A stretch of DNA of 64,000 bases from Epiperipatus broadwayi (lineage: Eukaryota; Animalia; Onychophora): positions 5,208,001 to 5,272,000 of the forward strand of contig JAQFVV010000010.1 in assembly GCA_028023455.1 (NCBI GenBank), read 5' to 3'. The position numbers were made by a program, and so were the translations under genes. The notes beneath the pieces are model-generated. The model ran no database searches, was not told where the DNA came from, and saw only the letters and a list, made by a program, of their open reading frames with translations. This document shows, piece after piece, positions 39,922 to 53,249 of this stretch (its first letter is position 1; each line of letters starts with the position of its first letter).

Positions 39922-40076
39922 CATTTTTGAACCAAGAAAAGTTTTGTTATAACATAAATATATAGTTAACACATACATCTCATATATTCACATACACATA
40001 AATGTATAAATGATCTTAATATACTTTTAATTTTAAAAATTGCAATTAAAGAATTAAGTTATAAGTTCAATAATAT

Positions 40077-40165
40077 CACATGATCACCATTTCTTAAGCC
40101 TTCTGGCATCTATTGATTACTCTAGCTTGCAGTGTGGCAATATGTATAGTGAGTTTTGCTTGTTT
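40077..40165 (+). mobile_element. Family A minimal copy (no HHR retained)
   Basis: Inverted tail cacatgatcacc joined to the family A 3' end. Perfect 15-bp TSD taagttcaataatat at 40062-40076 and 40166-40180. Confidence 0.88.
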
Positions 40166-43100
40166 TAAGTTCAATAATATAAAGAAATTGATTTAAACAT
40201 TATTAGAATTAATTATTTTTAACACTGTATACATAGTTCACACAAGAAAAATATCTCCCTGATTTTATTGTACTCCTAGAAAAAATAATGATTTAATAAT
40301 CTTTGATTATGGTTCTCAAAAATATAAATAAATCATAGACCTATTATTTATGGGTTCTTTGTAATCATTAATTTGAGTTTTTAAAAACGAAACAAGTTTA
40401 GACATAGCTAATAAAATAAAAAAAATCTGTTAATCTGGTTTATATATACATATTAATGACTCATTTATAATAATGCATTTTTTTATGTATATACTCAATG
40501 ACCAATACAATGATAAAAGGTTTACCATGGAAATTACATTGATATTTTAAGTACTAAAAAGTCTCATAGTATATTGACACAATCTATTTAGAAAAATTAA
40601 GTATATAAATATATATCTCAACTTTCATTCTCACAACTATTCTGATTACATATTTCCGAAGCAAAAATCCTTTAATGAGAATTCAACATACTTAAAAATC
40701 AGTATCATCTAAAATATCAATAAATTTATCTATAAGAGTGTATTTTTTTTTTTAGTTCCAAAATCGATGCAGGTTAGACAAAAGTATGTACAAATATAAA
40801 AAATAGGAAACAAGAAATTCATTCTGTCTAAGGTCAACTAATTTGCTTTCACTTTATAGATTTTAAAAATAGATTTTAGTAGCCCTAAAAATATTAATAA
40901 AATTATAAAAATACCCGAGATGCCTTCTGAGTAATACTTGTAACTGGTATAGATTTTTTTGCAATCTTTTTCTATTGACCAATGAGGAGCTCTCTTATTT
41001 TATTATATAAGAAAAAATGATTATAGATTTGCCTAGTTTGAGAGATTTGATAACTTTCTTCTAATAATATTTGACTTGATTTACTGGTGTGTCTCAAGTA
41101 ATTTTTTATTCTCCAATACAATTCTGCTGTTTCTGAGGCAATTTTTAGATGATTTTCTCAGTTGCTGCATTATATAAAATGAGGGGATATTAAATGGTGA
41201 TGTCAGTATGTTTAGAAGTGAGCTTCTTAGCTGATGTAGCTGCTAAATTGTTTGATACAGCAAGATGTTTGATATGCTTGTGCTGGTTTACAAGCTTCTT
41301 CTTTTAACATTTCTTTACTTTTTCATATAATTTAAAATATTCTTATTGATCGAAAAACTCTTGCAAAAGCTTTATCAGTAAGTTTATATTTTTTAGAAAA
41401 CATTCTGTATCACTAATCTAGTTTGGATATTTAAAAAAACTTGAGCATTTCATCTTTCTCATTACCGAGCTTCACTTGCTCTCTGATTAATTTTCTCATT
41501 TCTTTGAGTGTGAATTGGAATTTTAGAATAGGGGTAATCCTTTCAGATTTACATTTGCATAAGAAAGTTAAATGATTTTCTACTTATAGTCACTTTTAAA
41601 CATAATTTTTCATAATGTCTAAAACTTGATATAGTATTGAATTCTTACTGAATATTTAATGTTAGTCCAAAAATTTGCAATGATGGTATTTTCCATGTAA
41701 TTATAAGTTGATCTCTTTCCATTATCTAATTTAAATGTTAGTAGAAATAACGTATTGGTTAACATACAATACAATATTTTGATTGAGATTATTCACCTCT
41801 CGTTCAGATGTTGCTGGACTTACCAATAGTGATATTAACAAGAAAATTGAACAGTCAATAGAAATTTTATATACATATCTATAACAATCCTCCTAATTTT
41901 TAACAATTTTCTCTAGGATTACTACTTATATAATTAGTTTAAAAAGTTTCTGATAGTTCAAAATACATAGTGGAGAAATACACAAAATAATGTCTTTCAA
42001 AACCTTTTAAATGCAAGCAATATTATTAATCAAATTGTGTTCAACCATATATAGGGTTTCTTATTAATTAACAAAAAAAAAAAAATGAAAACAAATATTT
42101 TTTATTAATATAAATATTTGACTATATATATATTAGTTCAAGAAATGAAAATGCATAGATGGGCACTCTTTTTACTGCACAACTTTTTTCAATGATATAA
42201 AATAGATATTGCAATTTATTTAATTAAAAAAAAAGTTTATAAAGTGTTACTTTATGTGCATTTTGAATATAAATCATGCAAAATAGAAAATAGACTATAA
42301 TAATATTGTAAAAAAGCATATACATTCCAGATGATAAACTGTTTTAAATGATGTCAAATAATAAAATCCACTAATAGTGACAACCATATGGTATCTATTT
42401 GAATGTAGTTATTTAAACTTGTCCTCATACAAAAACTTAACATGCATACAATATGTCTAGAATAAGCCATTAGTAATGTGATTATAAGAAAGGAAAAAGC
42501 AATCATTCAAACATTCTTCTAAGACTTCTAAACTAATACTTATAGCAGAAATTTACTATTTGAGAATGATTTAAATGTTTGATTTAAAGGATCTATCAAA
42601 AACTCAATTTTGAATTGTTTATTTTAAAAAAAATCACAAGTCATCAAAAATAAGAAATAATCTGCAGTATATAATATTATATAACTAACAAATCAAATAA
42701 ACACATTCTTTTATATCTCACATATTACGTTTTGGAAAATCCACACTATAGATTACTATATCTATATGTATGTCTACGGTGCAGAAAGGAGTTTGCTATA
42801 AACTGAAAGAATACATCTTAAATTCTTTTAAATTCTTCTATGAGGCTTTAAAGCAAATGAGCATATCAAATTTCAAATGTTCACTCCATGCATTTTTGTC
42901 ATTGCAGTCATTATTACTATACGATTATTCATATAGTATATGGACATGGATGGGCTGCTCATCAATATGCAACAATCATTGTGGTAAGTTTACTGGCTTT
43001 TTAACTCTGAGTTTAAGATAAAGAACACCATAATCTTTCGACTCAATTGCCTGATCATTTTTAACTGAAATATCAGTTGAGTTTTCATGAAGGCAAAATG

Positions 43101-43229
43101 ATTATGTGTATGAATGAACTGTTTTTGTTTTTTTTTTTAAAAAAAAAAAAAAATTAGATATTTACAAACATGGCAATAACCCTTATTCCCATGAGGTTGT
43201 AAAGTCACCAATTAAAAAAGCAGTCAGTG

Positions 43230-44050
43230 CCTGAAGGCTGCTTCAAATAAAGGAAAATTGCATGAGTTGGAAAAAAAATTGTTCAACATTAAATGGAACA
43301 TTGTTGGATTTTAGAAAGTTATAAGGTGAAGAGATAATTGATAGGTATGCATTTTACTACAAAGGCACAAATATTGGAAACATAGGTAAAGTGGGATTCA
43401 TCATAAATAAAAAGAGGAAGAAGAACATTTTGAAGGTTGATGATATATCAGACGAAGTGGCAAGACTATTTATTCAACTTAACAAAAGATATCCAATGCA
43501 GATAATTCAAGTTTATGCCCCAACAAGTTATTATTATGATGAAAAAGTAGAGGAATTTTATATGGATGTACAAAATGCTTTTAATCAGACCAAACATTTT
43601 TAAATTATCATTGGAGACTAATGCTAGATTTGATAAACAATTAAAAGATTAAAGTGTGGTATGTAAATGTTGTTATGGTAATAGAAATGAGAGAGAGCAT
43701 CGACTTGTGGACTTTGTGGAAAAAGAAAAATTTTGTATTATGAATCCTTTTTTTGAGAAAAATCTTAAACAGAAATGAACATGAAAGCATTCGAATGAAG
43801 GTGCAATAGAATTGGATTATATTTCGACTAACAGGAAATATATTTTTCAACACTTCAATGTTCTTAATAGATTCAACATAGAAAGTGATCATCGGCTAGT
43901 GAGATGCAAGATATATGATAATGCAAAACCAAAGAAGCAGAAACTATGAAAAAACACAAAGTATTAACAGTTGATATTCCTAACCATCCAGGCATCAATG
44001 AATTTCAATTAGAATTTGCAAATCATTATAAAATATTAACTGCACAAAAG
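43230..44050 (+). mobile_element. RTE-clade LINE remnant, AP endonuclease region
   Basis: Reads IKWNIVG, VGFIINK, IIQVYAPT...EKVEEFY, IIGD and ESDHRLV; multiple stops. Confidence 0.85.
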
Positions 44051-45819
44051 ATGGTATAAAAAAGCAGTAATATACCAATAAATTTTCTACTAAGATAAGA
44101 CAGTATATTGTCAAAAATCATATAAAGCAGCTGTATATAATTAATAATAATTACACACAAAGAGCATCAATTTTAACATTAACCAATTATTGCAGACAGA
44201 ACACCATCTAGTGTTCTATAATCCTATAATGAAAGTAAAATAACAAAATAAAACATCAGTAAAATTAAATAAAACCTTCATATAGAGATCCAACATAACG
44301 TAAAAGAATTGATTATATAACATGACCATATACAGAATAAATAGTCCATACATTATACAACTTTATATAATTTTCTGAAATGTCTGCATGTATAAAACTG
44401 TATATATAAATAAAGAGTACTTATTTTTGTAAATACACACAGATTTCTTCATTTTAATAATATACCCTTTATTGAAGAAAATTACTCTAGAAATTTATGA
44501 GAGATCATCCCAAATTATAGATTAAATTAAAATAGAATTTGAACACAAATAAAGCTATTTGCATACAAATCAGATCGTACATATAGTTATCCTCAAGGTA
44601 AATAAAGATAAGAGAGGAAGTAGCTAAAATGGTTAGATTGGATTAATGTTGGTGTAATTTGAAGTGATACCAGATCAGAGGCTCAATGATAGATTAATAG
44701 ATTGACTAGCAGTGACTAAGTCTAAAATGGAATAATGGCAAGCAAGCAACTATTACCAGCAAAGAGTAATTAACTCAAGCTTAACCAAACTGCAAGAGCC
44801 AAGTCGAAATGGAGATGGTTAATCATGTAAGCACTGATCTTGCAAACTTTAATTGTGTTTAAAGAGATGATTGATTTAAAAGCACAAATATAATAACTGA
44901 ATTATTCCTGGTGAGAAAGAAGACTGTTTTCACCTGGGGAAAATAAATAGCATATGAATATTAATAAAAATTGCTTCACCACTTTATTATTTGTTATTAA
45001 ATAAATCCTATTATAAATTCATTTTGAAGTATATTGTTTATTTATTTAGCTCCCTGAAGGGTTTTTAGAGACCTTCAGGACACAGCATTTTCCATTCATT
45101 TTTAATTGACCAGTGGTTGACTAAATTTATTGAAATTTTATAAATATTCATACAATTATTTAAATTATTCTTAATGTCATATTTCATACATTTGTCTTCT
45201 TTTTGAATCTTTAATGTAATTTAAAGATTTAATATTTTTTGTAGCATCTATTTTATATCCCCATGTTAAGTAATGATATAAAGCAGATTTATCATCTTGC
45301 ATATTAATTATATTATGTTCTTTGGCTCTTATCTCTGTTTCCCTGTATGACCATAGTAAATAATATTGCAATGGTCATAGTTAATCTTATATATAATTCA
45401 TTTTTTGTACTTTATATCATCTTTTAAAATACAATTACCCATTCATTTATCCAGACTTTTATTATTCGACCATCCAATATTTATGTGCTTATCAATGTAA
45501 TTTTTTTGTTTTTTATTAATGTATTATAAATTTTGGGATAATGTGAAAGTTTGATCTAATTACATGGATCTTTATATGATGGTTTTATTCTATTTTAATG
45601 ATGTTTTATTTTATTTCTTTACTTCTACTATTGAACACTATATGGTGTTCTATCTGCAATAATTGGTTAAAGTTAAAATAGATGCTTAACAGTTGAAAAG
45701 GACACGAAATCATGTGCCTAAAATGCTTTTTATGTATAATTATTATTAATATACATTTATATAGCTATTGTATATGATTTTTATTATTTATTATAAGACA
45801 ATATATAAAAAAAAATATA

Positions 45820-48230
45820 TAAAATTTTTCAAAAATGATCTATGAAGAAGAATTGATAACTAAAGTTTTCCAAAATGAGTATAAAAACCTGTATAAGAAA
45901 ATATGGTAGTTGTAAACTATTCACTATCAAATGAAAAAAAAAGAAAAATAATTATGTCAAGCAAAAAAAAAACAACAACAATAATATATTAAAAAGCAAA
46001 AATAAACCATATGTCCAAATACGATCTATATTAGAACCAAAAAAAAAAAAGTCTAGAGGCCCGGTAATGTTATATCGCTATGTTTTTAAATGGAAACAGT
46101 GCCTCCACAGGCTGTACAATGAACTACCGAAAATATAATTGTGAATTAACACAAAATCGTAGAAGATAATAAAAGTATCAAAATTGTAAAATATATCTTG
46201 ATATTGGTAGGATATTTATTTCTACAATAGGAAAAATGAATGGGATCATTATGAAAAAGAGAGATGACATCATGAAATGTGCTAAGAGTTCTATAAAGAA
46301 TTATATATATAGATTTAAAAAAACAACAGATAACAGAGTATCTCCAATAATTATGAATCTTCTGAATTGCTGAGCATTTTTAATGAAAAAGTGAGATAAT
46401 GCAATTAAATCTATAAAGAAAGAATTCAAGAAATGATAGAATTATAATCAATATCTTAAAATAAGCAGATGAAAAAATAGAAAAAATGTTGGCAAAACTG
46501 TGAATCAAATGTCTAAACAGTAAGAATGTACCAGATGATTAGAAAAATGCAGTAGCAATATCAATATTTAAAAAAAGAGAGAAAGAAGAAATTAGAAATT
46601 ATAGACCTATCAGTGTTTTTAACAGCAAACTTGAATTTTACTGAACCAAAAGAACAAGCTGGATTTAAAAGTGATTTTAGCAAAGTGGAGGTTATAGAAA
46701 AAAGCAGTGAATAAGACTTGCCATTATGCTTTGAATTTGTAGATTATGAAAAAGTATTTGATTCTATAAGGATTTCTATAACGATTAAAGCATTAGCTCA
46801 TCAAGATATAAATCCAGGATATTATCATATTATGAAAAATATTTATTAAATTGCAACAGCAATGATAAACTTATATAGTGAAACTAAGATTAACATTGAG
46901 GAGGTACAGTAGGGAGATTCTATATCTCCAAAATGTTTTGCAGCAGTTTTATGAAAAGTATTTTGTAGATTAAAATGCGAAGCAAAGAAAGTAAAAATAA
47001 ATGAAAAGTCATCTAGATTTTGCGAACAATAGTTGCTTTTGCAAATAATGCTGCAATATTTCAGGAAATGCTGCAAGAGTTATCTATCAGATGAAGATAT
47101 ATAAACACAAACTTTCTTAGTGATTTATATTATGTACTAATTAGATTAACAACTCAATGCTGGTTTATTGAACACACAAAATATTCTCAATCCAAAGTAC
47201 AAGATAGAGTATTTAAAAAAATAAGAATGGACTGAATTATGTTTTTTACCTATATTTGTTTACATAGGTCAATCTTAAGCACTTTGAAATGAAAGCATAA
47301 AGATCTTAAATTAATCATATTTCTTCTTCTAAAGATATATTTTAACCACTGACATTTGCAAAATTTTTCAATTTAGATGAAATAACAAAATATATAACAA
47401 CAAACTTTCCTTGCAATTAATATTATATACTATTTAAATAAACAACTCAATTTAAGATATTCATGCTTTCATTTCAAAGTGCTTAAGATTGGCCTATGAA
47501 TATAGATAAAAAAAATAAAAGATGGCCAATTCTTATCTTTTCAAAGACTCTATATTCTATCTTGTGATTTGGATTGAGAGTATTTCATGTGCTCAATAAA
47601 TCAGCACTGAGTTGTTAATCTAACTACTATCAGATGAAGGTAAGAAAAATAAATAAACGCTAAAAAGACTAAAATAATGTTCAATGAATTTTTTCAGAAG
47701 AAGTTAACAATTACAAACATCTAGATCACATTATTAATGCAATAATAGATGAAATTAATCATAAAATTAAACTTGGATGGAGTGCTTTTAGAAGAAATAA
47801 CTTAATATTAAAAAAAATATGCCTATGTGTTGAAAAGAAAGGATTTTAATAGATAATATCTTACCAGTTGTTGCTCATGAATCTGAGACTTGGATACAAA
47901 GATTTGAGATCACTCAATGAAGTATGGAGAGTTGTATATTAGGAGTGACAAAAAGATATTACTTACATCACTGAAAGAATTAAAAGATTGAAATGAAGCT
48001 GGGATTGATATATTGACTAGAAGAGATAATAGTAGATGGATAGTTGAGGTCATAAAAGAGGATCTCATGTGATTGCAAAAGACTTAGAAAGAGATTCATG
48101 TGAGATGGATGAATGAAATAAAGAGATTTTCTGGTGTTTGTAGAAAAGAAGAGATAGAGATTAGATAAAGTATATTAAATTTGAAGAGACCTTCATTTTG
48201 CAGTAGATGAATAATGGTTGAAAACAATAA
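45820..48230 (+). mobile_element. RTE-clade LINE remnant, RT region to 3' end (interrupted at 47097-47626)
   Basis: Reads EEIRNYRPIS, PKEQAGF, LCFEFVDYEKVFDSI and GDSISPKCF, with 3' F.LQ* and a tgatg-type tail. Probably the continuation of 43230-44050. Confidence 0.85.
47097..47626. mobile_element. Foldback insertion nested in the RTE remnant
   Basis: Inverted arms of about 170 nt, a one-sided extension of about 43 nt, and a 13-bp TSD ctatcagatgaag at 47084-47096 and 47627-47639. A related single arm lies at about 58225-58305. Confidence 0.82.
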
Positions 48231-48329
48231 TGATGTATGTCAATATAAATATATTAACACAAATATACAAAAAACAGCAATTAACCGGTGAATTTTCAAC
48301 TGAGATAAGACATTATATATATATATATA

Positions 48330-50300
48330 AAAGCAATATAAAAATATTTTAAAATGATCCATTAAGAAGAATTGAAGTTTAAAATATTATAAGAAAATAT
48401 AGTTGTGAATTGAAAAAGAAAGCTATAGAAGAAATAAAAGTCTCTAAAGTATAAAATATCTTGATATTGAAAAAAAAAGTTATTTTCGCAATTAAAAAAA
48501 AAGAACTATTATTAAAAAAGAGAGACAACATCATACAATGTGGAAAAAAGTTGTATAAAGAATAATATAGTAGAAGAAATAAGAAAAAGTATTCACTACA
48601 ATCGATATACCTTCTGAATTACTAAGCATTTTAAATGAAGAGTTAAGATATAAAATTAATTCTATGAAGAAAAAAAAAATTCTAGTTAAATGATGAAATT
48701 AATATTGATATTTTAAAAAGAAACAGCTGAAGAAATAGAAGAATTACCAGTTCACCACTTCCTTTATTTTGCTCTAGTATTTTATATAAATGCAATTTAT
48801 TCATTGTCTTTAAACACTTTTTAGAAAAAACCTTTTATTGTACATATATGCATACACAATCTTACGTTTCGACTGTGTTTTGCTAAAAAGTATTTAAAGT
48901 AAAATTGTATTTAAATAGAAAAGTTGCTGGCAAAATTATATACCAAATAAATAGTAATGTATCAGATGATTGAAAAAATATGGCTGAATTTTGATATTGA
49001 AGAAAAGTGATAAAAAAGACATTAGAAATTATAGATCTATACCAGTAACACTCAAAATCTTTACTAAGATAATCTACAGCAAACTTTGGATTAAAACTAA
49101 TCAAAATAAGTGCTTTTACTACAATTAACCATGACAAGGGTTAAGAGAACTAATAAAAAGGTATAATATGAATTGTCATTATGCTTTGGATTTGTAGATC
49201 ATGAAAGGACATTTGATTCTATAAGCATTTCTTCAGTGATTAAAGCATCAGATCATCTAGATAATGACCCAGTAAATTATATTATGAAAATGCAACAATG
49301 ATTAGATTAGAAATGACATTATGAAGACTAACATTGATAATGATGTATGAAAGAGTGATTCCATATCTTCAGAACTTTTTACAACAGTTTTTCAAACAGA
49401 ATTTTGTGGATTAAAATGAAAAGCTAAGGAATTAAAAATATTTGGGGATTATTTAATTTATATAGATTTTGCAGATTATGTAGTTGTTTTCAATGTTTTA
49501 GAAAATGCTGCAAGAGTTACCAAATGAAAGTAAGAAATTCTAAAAAGATTTATATATAACTTTTTGATAGCTCAAATATAGATGAAATTAATGTGTAAGT
49601 ACTGAAAACCCATAGTGAGCTCAAATATAAATAGACTCTCTTTATAGTTATGTTTACTAATGGTTAGCTTGTCTATAGCTCACTGGGAGATTTGAGTACT
49701 TCCACATTAATTTAAAAATATTTAAGTAATGTTCAACGGATTTTCTCAGAGAAAGAAAATAAAGATTGATAACCATGAATTAGAAGAAATTAATGACAAC
49801 ACATATTTGGTCAGATTATTAATACAGATAAAAACAGTAGATTAAATTAATTATAAAATTAAACATGGATGGAGTATTTTTAATAGAAATAGTATTAAAT
49901 GAAATATGGATATGTATTTAAAAAAAAGATTTTTTAATAAATGTCTTTTGTCATGTTCTTATTCATGGATCTCAGACTTAACACTTAAAGAAGAATAATA
50001 CAGAGAATTTAGAGTACTTTTGGTAATAACTAAAAGAGATCGAAAGTGAATATTTGAGTGAGATAATAAACAGATATCACTGACATTATTGAAAGAAATG
50101 AGAAACTGAAATGAAGCTGGATTTAACAAACTATTAGAAGAAATGATACTAACTGGAAGATGAAGTCTTAAACTGGATACTAAGACACTGTAAAAGGAAA
50201 AAGATCACATGTGAAATGAATGGATGAAACAAAGAATTTCAGCAGCTATGAGTCACAGAAAGAACTCAGAAAGACTTTTATCCTGCAGTGGAATGATAAT
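48330..50300 (+). mobile_element. Second, tandem RTE-clade LINE remnant (RT region to 3' end)
   Basis: Parallels 45820-48230: IRNYRSI, LCFGFVDHERTFDSI, RFADYV, HGWSIF, and the end ctttatcctgcagtggaatgataatga. Confidence 0.8.
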
Positions 50301-50373
50301 GATTGAAATATACAACCACTACATCATTAGAGGAAAAAAAAAGAGAGATTAATATAAAAAATAAAAGACTTAC

Positions 50374-50461
50374 CTAGATTTTTTGTAGTTATAGTTTTTA
50401 ACCCGACAAGCTGTAAAGCACCAGCACCAAGAATCAACTGACATGTTCGTGAATTAAAAAT
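50374..50461 (-). CDS. VPS54: VPS54 coding exon
   Basis: ttttAG / GTaagt, 88 nt, phase 0 to 1. Reads IFNSRTCQLILGAGALQLVGLKTITTKNL(A). Confidence 0.98.
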
Positions 50462-51305
50462 CTAAAATTAAAATGAGCCAAATGTTTAAAAACTTAAACA
50501 CACATATTTTATTGAAATATCAGTTATTTTTTAGGTAATTTAAATCTTTGATAATTTGAAGCTCTGTGGAGCATAATATACAAAAGCTCCGGTTTCAAAA
50601 TAATCCAGTACAGAAAACAAAATTGTGTGCTTACAAAAAAAAAAAAAAAACACAAAACAAAACAGTTATTATATTATTAATTATGCAATAAAAACACATA
50701 ATCATTTATATACAAGTAAAAAAAATGAACAATCTTAAATAGTCACTTCAAGACAAAAGTCTTTCTACATATCCTTTAATAAAAGTAATGTAGAAATAAA
50801 TAATATTCAATATTTACTAGGCTACTGAAATGCTGGGTGGTGAAGATTTTCTATTCTTGTTTTGCCAATAATAGCTAGAAAATTATTTAACAAACAAATA
50901 ACTGGTTAGGTAACTAGACTGGCTATGATCCAGTAAGATGGAAGAAAAATTTTGATTGGAATCTGAATTTTTTTTAAATTTTAACCCTGGTTTGAATTCA
51001 ATCAGATATGAAAAAATAGTTGCAATAACACTATACTGAAGCCTTTACACTATAAGTCAATTAACAACATTATTATAAAAGAAGCTAGTTCCCAATATGG
51101 ACACCAGGTGTTAGAAATGCTAAAGATATGAGATACTACATGCAATTATTGATAACTGAGGTGAATGACATCAGGTTCTATTTTGTGTTTCTTTGATTTG
51201 ATGAATGGCATTATGGCCAATACCTCGTAAATCCATTGTCACTACTTCTCTTAAATCACATTAATGGGCATGGTTAATAAAAAATAGATTCATTAATTAT
51301 AAATA

Positions 51306-51591
51306 TTTGAAAACCAGGCACTCTTCACAAACCTGGGAGCTTAACTGTAAGTATAGAGGATTTGAACTCAGATTTTCAAGCACCCTTCAACTATCCACCC
51401 TATCTCATACAACTGATACACATGACCACACACATGTAGAAAAGATTAATGAGTGCTGGTTTACCATGAAATACGTATATTGGTGATTATTAATCTTTTC
51501 TACATGTGTGTGGTCATGTGTATCAGTTGTATGAGATAGGGTGGATAGTTGAAGAGTGCTTGAAAATCTGAGTTCAAATCCTCTATACTTA
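51306..51591. mobile_element. Family C HHR retroelement, young foldback copy
   Basis: Near-perfect arms of about 100 nt. The loop holds a 5'-truncated HHR (atgagtgct-ggttt-accat GAAA tacgta TA/ ttgg). Left extension 42 nt; perfect 16-bp TSD tcattaattataaata at 51290-51305 and 51592-51607. Confidence 0.9.
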
Positions 51592-53249
51592 TCATTAATT
51601 ATAAATAACTATGATTCTATTATAATTTATATTAGTCTGTAATGTAAACATGTATGTAAATTTGCATTCATTTCTTTAATATCATTCTGTAAGTATTCAA
51701 TGATAATCAATCCCTACCATGTACAGTACTGGAAATGAAAAATAAATTACTATTATAGTTAACATAAATTCTCATTATTCAACACCTTTTTTTTTTCTTT
51801 AACCTTATTCCATTTAAATAAAGTGGGATTATAACTAGTTACAAATATACAAAATACTGATATAATTTTTTCAAAATTAAATAATTCATTCACTTCCAAA
51901 GCATGTATTTTAATGGATCTAAATTTGCACAATAAACATATATTCACCCACACACATAAATTCATGTATTGCTGTTAAATAACTTCTATTTTTGGTAAAT
52001 GGGACATCAATTTAATCTGCAGTGATATTTATAAAGCTCATTTTAAATTTAGTCTTGATATTTCTTTATATAGAAAACAATATTTATAATTATCAAAATA
52101 ACTATTTTCATCTGAAAGTTCATCATATTAAATAACATATATCTTTCAAGAAATACATTTCAAGTTTTTTCTTTTTGTTTATTTTAATATTTGTTTTCTA
52201 ATTAAATTATTACAATGAGTGAAGTAATTACTTTTTTTCATCACTTTTCCCATCTCAGTGCCTATTCTTTTTACAATAATAAAAAGAAATATAATATTAA
52301 AAATCAAAAATCAAATAACGAAACATAAGATTATATAAAAAGAAACTTTTTTTTTTTAAAAAGTGAACTAAGAGTGAAATAAAGTCAATTTACATCTGGA
52401 TTCCATTGCTAAGTCTTTTAACAATGGTTCCTTTTTCTAAATGTTATATATGAAAGTTTGTGTATTTACAGTTTGGATCCATGGCTCTTTTTTTTTTATG
52501 TCCAGGTGACCTGAAAATATTCATATGAATCATCTCTGAATCCACAATATTTGATGTATTGATGACAAATTTTATTATTTTCTCAGATAGATTGGTAGTG
52601 ATATTACAAAAAAGGTAGAAGTATTTACAGGTTTATTAAATAAAAAAAAGATCTTTAGAATCATATATTCAGACTTGTTTGTTCTATGCAATAGATTTAC
52701 AAACCATTATGTACATTATTGGTTAGAATCCCCAGAAGCTAAGATTTTTCTATGAATATGATTTTAAAATCCAAAATTTTTTGATATCATACAAATTTAA
52801 AGATTTCAGAAAATGTTAACTAAAATTCAATGCAAGAAAAAAAATTTGCACTGTATTTCTAAAAATAATTTTTCAAATGATAACATTAATTGGTTCCCAC
52901 TTGCCATCTAATTATTAGATTTTATTGTTTTAGAATTTATGCATGAGAATAAATAATTATATAATTGAATTATACTTAAGTAGTAACTACCATGTTTTAA
53001 GTTTTCAGTTTTCTAAAAACCTATAACAGAAGAATAATATAAAATAGAATTGAAATTTTGTAAAAGCTTCCATCAGTTCATATTTTACAATTAGCATTCA
53101 GATTTTATCATTGAGGGGCGGAGCCACTATAATTAGACATAATTAGATTATAGCAATATTCCATTAGTTTAGCTATTGATAAATTTTCCTAAATTGGACT
53201 GACTTCAAAGTTGTAACTTAGTGATCTAAGAAATGCATCAGCAATATTT

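Noticed and set aside
53114-53128. GC box ggggcggagcc
   Set aside because: Isolated motif deep in an intron with no promoter context.
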